A model generated the notes under the pieces. It had not been told where the DNA came from and ran no database searches. It was given only the letters and a program-made list of their open reading frames with translations. From an uncultured bacterium (GTDB taxonomy: Bacteria; Omnitrophota; Omnitrophia; Omnitrophales; Aquincolibacteriaceae), in assembly GCA_964562525.1 (NCBI GenBank), contig CAZLTL010000002.1, positions 82,468 to 146,467 on the forward strand: a DNA stretch of 64,000 nt, given 5' to 3'. Positions 28,429 through 35,904 of this stretch are shown piece after piece. The translations under genes and the position numbers were made by a program. Numbering within the stretch: position 1 is the first letter of the stretch; each line of letters opens with the position of its first letter.

Positions 28429-28785
28429 TTGATTATGAAATTGAAAGACACGCAGGTTATTTTTGGGGCTTTGGCGGACGCGACGCGTTTCCGTATTTTG
28501 AATTTGCTCTCCGAAGGGGAGCTTTGCGTTTGCGACATCATGCAGGTTTTAAAAGCGCCGCAGTCGAAGATATCTCGGCATTTGTCTTATTTGCGCCGCG
28601 CGGGGCTTGTGGATGCGCGCAAAGAGGGCCTGTGGATGCATTACCGGCTCGCTAAGCCGAAGATCAAAGTTTTAAAGGCGGTGTTTCAGTCTTTCGGCTG
28701 CTGCCGAGAAGATTTTGCCGAGCTACAAAATGATTTGAATGAATTTCGTAAAAATAAAAACTGTCTAGTCTCTTGCTGTAAGTGA
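28429..28785 (+). CDS. arsR: ArsR/SmtB family metalloregulator
   Basis: wHTH with the canonical ..ELCVCDIMQVL.. metal site in helix alpha-3; C-terminus ends ..NCLVSCCK; a perfect palindrome abuts the start (TTG 28429 or ATG 28435). Confidence 0.8.
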   Translation: MIMKLKDTQVIFGALADATRFRILNLLSEGELCVCDIMQVLKAPQSKISRHLSYLRRAGLVDARKEGLWMHYRLAKPKIKVLKAVFQSFGCCREDFAELQNDLNEFRKNKNCLVSCCK

Positions 28786-28814
28786 TTTAGTTAAAATCAA
28801 AGGGGGTGAGAATC

Positions 28815-28850
28815 ATGGACGGTTGTTGCGGAAGCGGATGCTGCAAATAG
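28815..28850 (+). CDS. Candidate 11-aa cysteine-rich micro-ORF (MDGCCGSGCCK) between arsR and acr3
   Basis: SD AGGGGGTGAG lies 4 nt upstream of ATG 28815; four Cys in 11 residues; it ends in CCK like the ArsR C-terminus. Not in the ORF track because it is under 60 aa. Confidence 0.3.
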   Translation: MDGCCGSGCCK

Positions 28851-28927
28851 GCATTCCAATCACTCCCCACAAAGATGATGACGATCATCTTTGCCGGGAG
28901 TTTTTAAACATATGAAAAGTTGAATCG

Positions 28928-29989
28928 ATGCAAAAGCTTTCTTTTTTAGACCGGTATTTAACAGTTTGGATTTTTGCGGCCATGGCCGTGGGCGTGGCGC
29001 TTGGGTATTTCTTTCCCGGCGTTGAACGGGTTATTAATTCATTTCAAGTTGGCACGACGAATATTCCCATCGCGGCAGGACTCATTCTGATGATGTATCC
29101 ACCCCTTGCCAAGGTTCGCTATGAAGAACTGGGGGATGTTTTTAAGAATAAAAAAATTCTGATTCTAAGCCTCATCCAAAACTGGGTGATCGGTCCGGTG
29201 CTCATGTTTGTTTTGGCGGTTCTTTTTTTACGCGACCAGCCCGAATATATGGCCGGCCTTATTTTAATCGGCCTCGCGCGCTGTATTGCCATGGTGATTG
29301 TTTGGAATAAACTCGCCGAAGGCAATTCCGAATATGCCGCGGGGCTTGTGGCCTTCAACAGTGTGTTTCAGGTTTTATTTTTCAGCGCATACGCCTATTT
29401 CTTTATTTCATTTTTACCCAAGCTTTTCGGTATGGAAAGTTTCGCCGTAGCGGTTTCTATGCGCCAAATTGCCGAAAGTGTTTTTATTTATCTCGGCATT
29501 CCGTTTCTGGCGGGCATGATCACGCGATTCAGTTTGCTTAAAGCAAAAGGCGCCGCTTGGTATGAAAATCAATTTTTGCCCAAAATTAGCCCGCTAACTC
29601 TCGCGGCTTTGCTTTTCACCATTTTGATCATGTTCAGCCTCAAAGGAAATTACATCGTTCAAATCCCGCTGGATGTCGTCAAAATCACGCTCCCGCTTCT
29701 GATTTATTTTGTCGTCATGTTTCTTTTCAGTTTTTGGATGTCAAAAATAGCCGGCGCTGATTATTCCAAATCCGTCACGCTTTCATTCACCGCTGCGAGC
29801 AATAACTTTGAGCTCGCCATCGCGGTTGCCATCGCTGTTTTCGGCGTGAATTCCGGGCAAGCGTTTACCGCCGTGATCGGGCCGCTTGTCGAAGTGCCCG
29901 TCATGATTGGCTTGGTGCATGTTGCATTTTGGATTCGCGGAAAATATTTTAAAAATATCGAGATCAAACAAACCGAGGGTTGCTGCTGA
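28928..29989 (+). CDS. acr3: Arsenite efflux permease, ACR3 family
   Basis: 10-TM BART-superfamily profile; N-terminal ..[16 protein letters not shown].. and ..[17 protein letters not shown].. are typical of ACR3. Confidence 0.85.
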   Translation: MQKLSFLDRYLTVWIFAAMAVGVALGYFFPGVERVINSFQVGTTNIPIAAGLILMMYPPLAKVRYEELGDVFKNKKILILSLIQNWVIGPVLMFVLAVLFLRDQPEYMAGLILIGLARCIAMVIVWNKLAEGNSEYAAGLVAFNSVFQVLFFSAYAYFFISFLPKLFGMESFAVAVSMRQIAESVFIYLGIPFLAGMITRFSLLKAKGAAWYENQFLPKISPLTLAALLFTILIMFSLKGNYIVQIPLDVVKITLPLLIYFVVMFLFSFWMSKIAGADYSKSVTLSFTAASNNFELAIAVAIAVFGVNSGQAFTAVIGPLVEVPVMIGLVHVAFWIRGKYFKNIEIKQTEGCC

Positions 29990-29990
29990 T

Positions 29991-30410
29991 ATGAAAAAAA
30001 GTGTTTTAATTCTCTGTACGGGCAATTCATGCCGCTCGCAAATGGCAGAGGGCATTTTGCGGCATTTCGGTTCCGATAAGTTCAATGTTTTAAGCGCGGG
30101 CACAAAGCCGTCAGTTGTGAACAAGACTGCAATTAAAGTGATGCAGGAAATCGGCATCGATATCTCAGAGCATCGATCGAAACACATTGATGAGTTTTTA
30201 GGTCAAAAAATAGATTTTATTATTTCAGTTTGCGACAATGCCAAAGAATCTTGCCCGATCTTTCCGGGCGGAACGACTCGTCTGCATTGGCCGTTTCCGG
30301 ATCCGCCTCACGACAAAGATATTACCGAAGCTGTTTTGAATGAGTTTCGGAAAGTGCGTGATTTGATTCTTGTTCGGTTTAAGGCTTTGGGGGAGACGGG
30401 GAAGTTTTAG
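29991..30410 (+). CDS. arsC: Arsenate reductase (thioredoxin-coupled LMW-PTP type)
   Basis: ..VLILCTGNSCRSQMAEG.. P-loop C-x5-R; downstream Cys and Asp residues; ATG 29991 lies 1 nt after the acr3 stop (the track ORF starts earlier at 29907). Confidence 0.85.
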   Translation: MKKSVLILCTGNSCRSQMAEGILRHFGSDKFNVLSAGTKPSVVNKTAIKVMQEIGIDISEHRSKHIDEFLGQKIDFIISVCDNAKESCPIFPGGTTRLHWPFPDPPHDKDITEAVLNEFRKVRDLILVRFKALGETGKF

Positions 30411-30487
30411 ATTTCTTGTCGCTACTGCTCTTGGCTTGTCATCCTCGCGAATGCGGGGATCCAGTGATTGACTCTCATGATGGTTCC

Positions 30488-30565
30488 TCGACTTGAAACT
30501 CTTCGTCTGCTCAGACAGTCGCGTCCGTTGGCGCGAAACTCGCATTCGAAGAGTTTCAATTCGAG
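30488..30565. repeat. Repeat family C, diverged partial copy C5 (reverse orientation, 3' of arsC)
   Basis: Reverse complement ..GAGTTTCGCGCCAACGGACGCGACTGTCTGAGCAGACG.. parallels the C core GAGTTCTGCGCCGAYAGGACGCAGCTGTYTGAGC. Confidence 0.4.
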
Positions 30566-30611
30566 TCTCTTCCGCAAAAGGGGCGGTGGGCTGTCAAAGG
30601 AGAAAGCCTTG

Positions 30612-30682
30612 GCTTTGCCTTCGGCGTTTCCCGTCATATTTGCCCCCTCGGCTAGTGAATCTCGCCTTTGGGAGCAGTTTTT
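30612..30682. repeat. Repeat family E, copy E2 (downstream of arsC, same orientation as E1)
   Basis: ..TTTGCCTTCGGCGTTTCCCGTCATATTTGCCCCCTCGGCTAGTGAATCTCGCCTTTGG.. is about 80% identical to E1. Confidence 0.65.
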
Positions 30683-30743
30683 ATCCTCAAAATATCGGTT
30701 GCGATTGATTTAAAATCTGACAGAATTCACAGCAGACTAAAGA

Positions 30744-30775
30744 CCAAAGACTGACGACCAATGACTTTTTCAGAG
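30744..30775. promoter_or_regulatory. Tandem heptamer array in inverse orientation (AGACTAA AGACCAA AGACTGA CGACCAA TGAC) upstream of the 30822 island ORF
   Basis: Reverse complement of the TAGTCTN unit, four or more copies; it forms an imperfect inverted repeat with the 32431..32465 array across the island ORF. Confidence 0.4.
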
Positions 30776-30821
30776 CCAGTATCTTTGGAAATATTCCGAT
30801 CCCTGCTGCGATAAGGACTTC

Positions 30822-32381
30822 ATGAGAATTGTTAGGCTTCAAAAAGCGGTTAGTATAATTGCTTCGGAAATTCGAAATAATATTGAGAATCATCGTCTGC
30901 CCAAATTGGTTCGAGATGAAATAAAGGCAATCATTTCAGAGTATGTGGAAGAAATCTATAAAATCGCGGCCGTAAACTCTCTTGAAAAGCGAATTGTTGA
31001 GTTGAAGAAGGCGGATCTATCTTCTATAGCAAAAGTTTTGGACATTATTTTAGAATACCATCCCCCCAAATATACTCTTACTTTTGCGGATGAAAAAACA
31101 AGAGAAGTTGACCCGATACAAAAGATCAATGAGCTTAAGAGTTGGATTTCCAATGCTGATGGCAATCAAATTAAATTGGGCTCAATGGAAATATTATTTC
31201 GATTGGAGCTTGTTTTTGATTCCAAAATGAATGAGATAATGATGGCTTTTGAAAAGAGAAGCCCTGTTTTTAAGAGAGTCAAACAAGATGTTCTTGCTAA
31301 ACTTAAAAAAGTTAGAAAAGATGACCTGTTATTGTTGTGGGCAGATTTGAAATCTAAGTTTCGAAATAAAGATGATGATCATCACGGCTACGTTTTTTAT
31401 AAAGATATTATTCCTGAGGATTTTTGGGATATATCACCCAAGTCAATTTCGTTAGATGAGGTGGCGGAAAGATATGCAGATTTTATTGTCGAATATAAAC
31501 CGCTTACTGTGCGGAGAATGATAGCTGAAGGTTACAATGCTTACCCAGTTGGGCCATTGGGGATTGCCCGCAGCCTAGCCCTCTCCTCATCTCAAGGAAA
31601 AAATAATGTTTCGGAGTTTGATGTGTTGGTAATTCGAACTTTAAGCAAAGTTATTAGCCTTTTTGAGAAAATTACATATGCAAATAAATCAGAACTAGCC
31701 AGAGCTATTAACGCCAATCAAGACTCGTTTGTTTTTGACGGTGAGTTTTTTCAAGCCGCAAAAAAAGAATTGGAGGAAATGCGAAATAATTCGTCGGTGA
31801 GTTTTGTGGAAAGCCTTTCAGCGTCTATGGAAAGATTAAATAGCTACGCCATGGAAAATCAAAGTTCTGGCTCTAAAGTTGAAAGACTGCTCTTTAACTA
31901 TAAGCTCTCGCGTGAGGTTTCGCCCCCTGATATTTCAGCTGGTAAGAAAAATGAAATAGCTCTACAGAAGGATCTTTGTAAGTTTCTCATAGAGAATGAT
32001 ATTGTTGCATATGGGAAAATCTTTGGTAGAAGCCAAATTGATTTTTATATAAAAGAAGGGGAGCTTCCGATTGCTGAAGAGTATGTTGTGGAAACAAAAG
32101 TTTTTCGTAGAGGCAGGGCTGTTAATCCAAGTGTGATAAAGGCAAATTTAGTGCAGTTGCAATCTTACATGGATATTCACAAGCAGCCGCGCGGTATTTT
32201 GGCTATTTATAACTATTCGGATGATTTGATTTACGTGCCCGATAAACGTTGGTTGCATGGACAATACTGGATATTGGTGGTTAATATTGGGACAGCAACA
32301 GCAAGCAAAAGGAAAAGGTCTTTAAAAATCGTTGAATCAAGCAGCCCCAAAAATTTGATAGATATAATAGTTAATGCGTAG
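30822..32381 (+). CDS. Hypothetical 519-aa protein in an AT-rich (probably acquired) segment; no recognisable domain
   Basis: Long uninterrupted ORF at roughly 37% GC against a ~50% background; flanked by inverted heptamer arrays. The C-terminal region (..QIDFYIKEGELPIAEEYVVETKVF..) has a D..E.K arrangement faintly reminiscent of PD-(D/E)xK nucleases; this is inference only. Confidence 0.55.
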   Translation: MRIVRLQKAVSIIASEIRNNIENHRLPKLVRDEIKAIISEYVEEIYKIAAVNSLEKRIVELKKADLSSIAKVLDIILEYHPPKYTLTFADEKTREVDPIQKINELKSWISNADGNQIKLGSMEILFRLELVFDSKMNEIMMAFEKRSPVFKRVKQDVLAKLKKVRKDDLLLLWADLKSKFRNKDDDHHGYVFYKDIIPEDFWDISPKSISLDEVAERYADFIVEYKPLTVRRMIAEGYNAYPVGPLGIARSLALSSSQGKNNVSEFDVLVIRTLSKVISLFEKITYANKSELARAINANQDSFVFDGEFFQAAKKELEEMRNNSSVSFVESLSASMERLNSYAMENQSSGSKVERLLFNYKLSREVSPPDISAGKKNEIALQKDLCKFLIENDIVAYGKIFGRSQIDFYIKEGELPIAEEYVVETKVFRRGRAVNPSVIKANLVQLQSYMDIHKQPRGILAIYNYSDDLIYVPDKRWLHGQYWILVVNIGTATASKRKRSLKIVESSSPKNLIDIIVNA

Positions 32382-32430
32382 AAAAAAGGTGCTGCGCACC
32401 AAAGGGACAAGTAAGTTTTGACCTGAATTA

Positions 32431-32465
32431 TAGTCTGTAGTCTTCAGTCGTTGGTCGTTAGTCTT
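32431..32465. promoter_or_regulatory. Tandem heptamer array (TAGTCTG TAGTCTT CAGTCGT TGGTCGT TAGTCTT) ending 14 nt before ATG 32479
   Basis: Five contiguous 7-nt units; immediately followed by SD AGGAG. Confidence 0.4.
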
Positions 32466-32478
32466 AATAGGAGTATTT

Positions 32479-32955
32479 ATGGCAAAAGTTAAAAAAGCAA
32501 AAGCAGTGAAGGCGCCGAAAGCGCCGAAGAAGTCAAAAGCGGTGGAAGCGCCGTTTATGCCGACGATTGTTGAGGGGCTGGCGAAGCTCGTTGAGCGGCT
32601 TGAGATTGTTGAGCGCAAGATTGATCAGGTGAATAGCCGTATTTCGAACACGCTTTTTGAAATTCGCGACAACCTTCAGCAGAACACCCGTCAAAATGCG
32701 TCGCATGAACAAAACCCTTATGGATATTCGCGTCCTCAGGCACCGTTGCCGCAGCGCCAAATGTATCAAGTGATTTGCGCGGACTGTAAGAAGAACACGG
32801 AAGTGCCTTTCAAGCCGGGCGATCGTCCCGTGTATTGCAAAGAATGTTTCGCCGCCCGCAAAGCGGGGAATGTTCCTGTCAGCGCCCCCAAACCCGCTGC
32901 GCCCGTTGCTGTTATCGAAAAGAGCGGCAAAGTGAAGACCAAGAAAAAGAAATAA
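32479..32955 (+). CDS. Lys-rich (histone H1-like tails) coiled-coil protein with a C-terminal CxxC-x16-CxxC zinc ribbon
   Basis: N-terminus AKVKKAKAVKAPKAPKKSKA; central coiled coil; ..CADCKKNTEVPFKPGDRPVYCKEC..; C-terminus ..KVKTKKKK. SD AGGAG precedes ATG 32479. Its 3' end abuts a MITE-like element that is followed by a diverged duplicate of the gene tail. Confidence 0.5.
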   Translation: MAKVKKAKAVKAPKAPKKSKAVEAPFMPTIVEGLAKLVERLEIVERKIDQVNSRISNTLFEIRDNLQQNTRQNASHEQNPYGYSRPQAPLPQRQMYQVICADCKKNTEVPFKPGDRPVYCKECFAARKAGNVPVSAPKPAAPVAVIEKSGKVKTKKKK

Positions 32956-32969
32956 AGATTTTCGGATTT

Positions 32970-33128
32970 AAATTTTGTTTTTTGTTCAGCGATTCAATTC
33001 CGCCGCGAGTTCTGAGCGAAGCATCAGCTGTGTGAGCGCCGGAATGAATCGCGGAGCCCGCGCCGGCTCCGGAGGCGCAAGGCCATCCGCCGGTGAGGAT
33101 AAAAAGCCTATCGGCACCTGAGATAATC
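32970..33128. repeat. Repeat family C (about 150 bp), copy C1, sitting in the 3' end of gene 32479..32955
   Basis: ..TCCGCCGCGAGTTCTGAGCG...CAGCTGTGTGAGCGCCGGAATGAATCGCGGAGCCCGCGCCGGCTCCGGAGGCGCAAGG...GAGATAA.. is about 85% identical to C2 over ~140 bp. Confidence 0.7.
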
Positions 33129-33130
33129 CC

Positions 33131-33186
33131 GCCCCTGTCGCGGTTGCTCAAGCCCCCACAAAAGCAAAGACCAAGAAAAAGAAATA
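33131..33186 (+). pseudogene. Diverged duplicate of the 3' tail of gene 32479..32955 (..PVAVAQAPTKAKTKKKK*), separated from the gene by repeat C1
   Basis: cctgtcgcggttgctcaagcccccacaaaagcaaagaccaagaaaaagaaataa translates to PVAVAQAPTKAKTKKKK-stop. The gene itself ends ..PVAVIEKSGKVKTKKKK-stop with the identical final 21 nt. Confidence 0.5.
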
Positions 33187-33194
33187 ATTTTCTC

Positions 33195-33232
33195 AAGCCC
33201 CGGACCGCCTTTGCGGATCCGGGGTTTTTTAT
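33195..33232 (+). terminator. Rho-independent terminator downstream of 32479..32955 and its duplicated tail
   Basis: CCCCGGACCGCCTTTGCGGATCCGGGG followed by TTTTTTAT. Confidence 0.75.
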
Positions 33233-33359
33233 TTCCGCCCTCTGATTCTATTTATAGGTTAAATCAATGAACATTAATTAAATTATCTATTTTATAAATG
33301 CCTACTCCGGGCGTTATATTTCTCGCGAATGGCATTGTTTCAAAAGCAAGAGGAGGCGT

Positions 33360-33485
33360 TATGGAAACCTTGATCTTTGTGGCGATGGGAGCTTTGATTT
33401 TAGGGGGTGCTGTTTATGCGCGTTACAAAGCCCTCAAATCAATGGCGGTTGCGCGGGTGATGCCGCGTCGAGCGAGCAGGAATTA
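33360..33485 (+). CDS. Candidate 41-aa single-TM micro-protein
   Basis: SD AGGAGG lies 6 nt upstream of ATG 33360; METLIFVAMGALILGGAVYARYKALK.. is one TM helix plus a basic tail. The track shows a longer 62-aa ORF from 33298. Confidence 0.3.
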
Positions 33486-33536
33486 GTATTTGCGGTTTTG
33501 CCGATGTGCGGCAAAAAAATGAAATAGGAGGGTGAA

Positions 33537-33863
33537 ATGCTGATTGTCACAACGCCTTCGGTTGAAGGCCAAAAAATAAAAAGTCATTTGGGGCTGGTTA
33601 CGGGTGAGGTGATTTTGGGCGCAAACATATTTAAAGATTTGTTTGCCGGAATTCGCGACATCGTTGGCGGTCGAGCGGAAGCCTATGAAAAAGAATTACG
33701 CAAAGCCAAAGACCTTGCTGTTCAGGAAATGATCCAAAACGCGAAACAGCTGGGCGCCAACGGGATTGTCGGTGTTGATTTGGATTATGACTCCATTACC
33801 GCCAACAGTAGCATGTTGATGGTGAGCGCGAGCGGGACAGCGGTTGTTTTTGAAAACAGTTAA
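33537..33863 (+). CDS. ybjQ: YbjQ/UPF0145 family protein
   Basis: ..[52 protein letters not shown].. is the characteristic UPF0145 pattern. Confidence 0.7.
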   Translation: MLIVTTPSVEGQKIKSHLGLVTGEVILGANIFKDLFAGIRDIVGGRAEAYEKELRKAKDLAVQEMIQNAKQLGANGIVGVDLDYDSITANSSMLMVSASGTAVVFENS

Positions 33864-33884
33864 AGGGTAGCTGAGGAGGGGCGT

Positions 33885-34793
33885 ATGGATTCGGAACATC
33901 GTTCAATTTTAACTTTGGCTTTGATGGCTGCTTTTGCTGATCGGCACAAAGCGGACGCGGAGCGTGACGCAATTAAAAAGGTCGCCGAGTCGCTTTCTCC
34001 GGGAGCGGGTGAAAATATACCCGCGATTTGTCAGGATATTTTGTTGATGCGCATAAGCTCCGAACAAGCCGTTCAAGGATTGACTCGCCCCGAAACTCGG
34101 CGGTTGGCCTATGAGATGGCGGTTTGCGTGTGCGATTCGGATGGCGAGCAGACGCCTGATGAAAAAGCGTTTCTCAAAAATTTAAGCACTCAGCTGGGGC
34201 TCGATAAAAAAGAGGCTGAACAGATGAGTCAGCAGGCTGATACGTTGGTTGCGGCTCCGATTCGAGAGACTTATTCCGCTCCACAAAACACCAACGATCC
34301 CATGATATTGAATTATTCGATTTTAAACGGCGCGCTTGAGCTTTTGCCCGATTCGATATCGTCTTTAGCCATTATTCCTCTGCAAATGAAGATGGTTTAC
34401 CGTATCGGCAAGAGTTATGGTTTTGAATTGGATCGAGGGCATATCAAAGACTTCATCGCGACCGCGGGCGTGGGGCTAACATCCCAGTATCTTGAAAAAA
34501 TCGGCTCCAAGATTATCGGGAAAGTGATCGGTAAAGCCGGCGGAAAGATTTTAGGCGGGTTAGGACGGCAAGCGACAAGTTCCGCATTTTCTTTCGCGAC
34601 GACTTACGCGTTAGGACAGGTTGCGAAAACTTACTATGCCGGCGGGCGAAAATTAAGCACGGCTGATTTAAAAGCGACATTTCAAAATATTTTCAATCAG
34701 GCGAAAACGATGGAGTCACGCTATCAGGGGGAAATGGCCGAGAAGGCGAAGACGTTGGATCTCAAACAAATTTTAGCTTCGGTAAGAAATTAG
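33885..34793 (+). CDS. Hypothetical protein with a TerB-like N-terminal region and a Gly-rich C-terminal region
   Basis: ..LTLALMAAFADRHKADAERDAIKKVAE.. and a second ..LAYEMAVCVCDSDGEQTPDEKAFL.. repeat (TerB-like pair); C-terminus ..GKVIGKAGGKILGGLG.. Confidence 0.45.
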   Translation: MDSEHRSILTLALMAAFADRHKADAERDAIKKVAESLSPGAGENIPAICQDILLMRISSEQAVQGLTRPETRRLAYEMAVCVCDSDGEQTPDEKAFLKNLSTQLGLDKKEAEQMSQQADTLVAAPIRETYSAPQNTNDPMILNYSILNGALELLPDSISSLAIIPLQMKMVYRIGKSYGFELDRGHIKDFIATAGVGLTSQYLEKIGSKIIGKVIGKAGGKILGGLGRQATSSAFSFATTYALGQVAKTYYAGGRKLSTADLKATFQNIFNQAKTMESRYQGEMAEKAKTLDLKQILASVRN

Positions 34794-34812
34794 AAGCGTT
34801 TTCAAAGAGAAA

Positions 34813-35544
34813 TCAGCGGTTCAAATATTTGCGGTATGCGGTTGCGATCATGTTGGATGTGATCGCGTATGTTGCGCTGCCTACGACTTGGCCCGCGCTG
34901 ATCATGCCGAGCAAATTGCCGTTGCCGTCCAAAATCGGTGAGCCGCTGTCGCCTTTGTATGCTTTGAAATTAATTTGAAGCGAGGTTACGCGCTGAACGC
35001 CGTCGATTGGATCAATTCCCAAAGCGCTGATGGCTCCTCCCGTTAGCGTTCCCTCCAGCCATTGCGCGCGGCCCATGGCATAAACCGGCATGCCAACCGG
35101 CGCGGCGTCGGAATTCGCGAAAGAAATTGTGTCGAGCGCGAACGGCGGATGAACTCCGATAAAAGCGATATCCTGCGACGGCACTTCATGCAAAACTTTA
35201 GCATCCAACTTGGTTCCGTCAAAAAGCGTAACGACAATATTTTGCTTACCCCGCAAAGTGTGCGCAGCGGTCACGATCAAACCATCTGAGCTCAAAATAA
35301 TTCCTCCGCCGACTTGTACCGAGGCCACGCGGCGCATTCGTTGCACCACTAAAACCTGTCCCGTCGCGGGATCGAAAATGCCTTGAGGCTGTCCGTCTTT
35401 GAAAATCGCTGCGTCAATCGCTTCAATGCTGACGACTGCTTTGCCTTTTTCAAGCACACGATGAACCGGCGATTCCTGTGCCATGAGCGGAGCATCCGAA
35501 ACAAGCAGACAAAACATTAAAATAAAAGCTGCTACATTTTTCAT
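34813..35544 (-). CDS. Secreted trypsin-like (S1 family) serine protease
   Basis: Signal peptide; catalytic His in ..TAAHTL.., Asp in ..DIAFI.., Ser in GDSGSPILD. Confidence 0.75.
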   Translation of the reverse strand: MKNVAAFILMFCLLVSDAPLMAQESPVHRVLEKGKAVVSIEAIDAAIFKDGQPQGIFDPATGQVLVVQRMRRVASVQVGGGIILSSDGLIVTAAHTLRGKQNIVVTLFDGTKLDAKVLHEVPSQDIAFIGVHPPFALDTISFANSDAAPVGMPVYAMGRAQWLEGTLTGGAISALGIDPIDGVQRVTSLQINFKAYKGDSGSPILDGNGNLLGMISAGQVVGSATYAITSNMIATAYRKYLNR

Positions 35545-35569
35545 GTAACTATTCTATACTTTTATTGAT

Positions 35570-35791
35570 ATGACAAATCAATCATCAAATGATCCTCTGC
35601 ATGGCGTGACCCTTGAGCAAGTTGTCACAAGGCTGGTCGAGCACTATGGCTGGCAAGAGCTGGGAAAAATTGTGCGCATTAATTGCTTCAACTTTGACCC
35701 CAGCATTACCTCCAGCTTGCGGTTTTTGCGCAAAACCCCCTGGGCGCGCAAACAAGTCGAAGAGCTGTATGTCATCGCTTTCGGAAAATGA
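35570..35791 (+). CDS. DUF2132 (VF530-like) small conserved protein
   Basis: ..[60 protein letters not shown].. matches my memory of the DUF2132 consensus. Confidence 0.5.
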   Translation: MTNQSSNDPLHGVTLEQVVTRLVEHYGWQELGKIVRINCFNFDPSITSSLRFLRKTPWARKQVEELYVIAFGK

Positions 35792-35904
35792 CCCTGCTTG
35801 GTACGGTTGATTTCTTACTCCGAATAAGGTAGTTTCCTCGCTCTCAAAGTTAATAAATGAATTTGGAACCCGCGGTTGCGCCTTCGGCGCAGAGCAGAAA
35901 TATA

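Noticed and set aside
30422-30713. Overlapping small ORFs on both strands between arsC and the island
   Set aside because: The region is composed of repeat families C and E; the ORFs are by-products of repeat sequence.
32912-33196. 94-aa minus-strand ORF across the C1 repeat
   Set aside because: It lies within a repeat element and the duplicated gene tail; an artefact of GC-rich repeat sequence.
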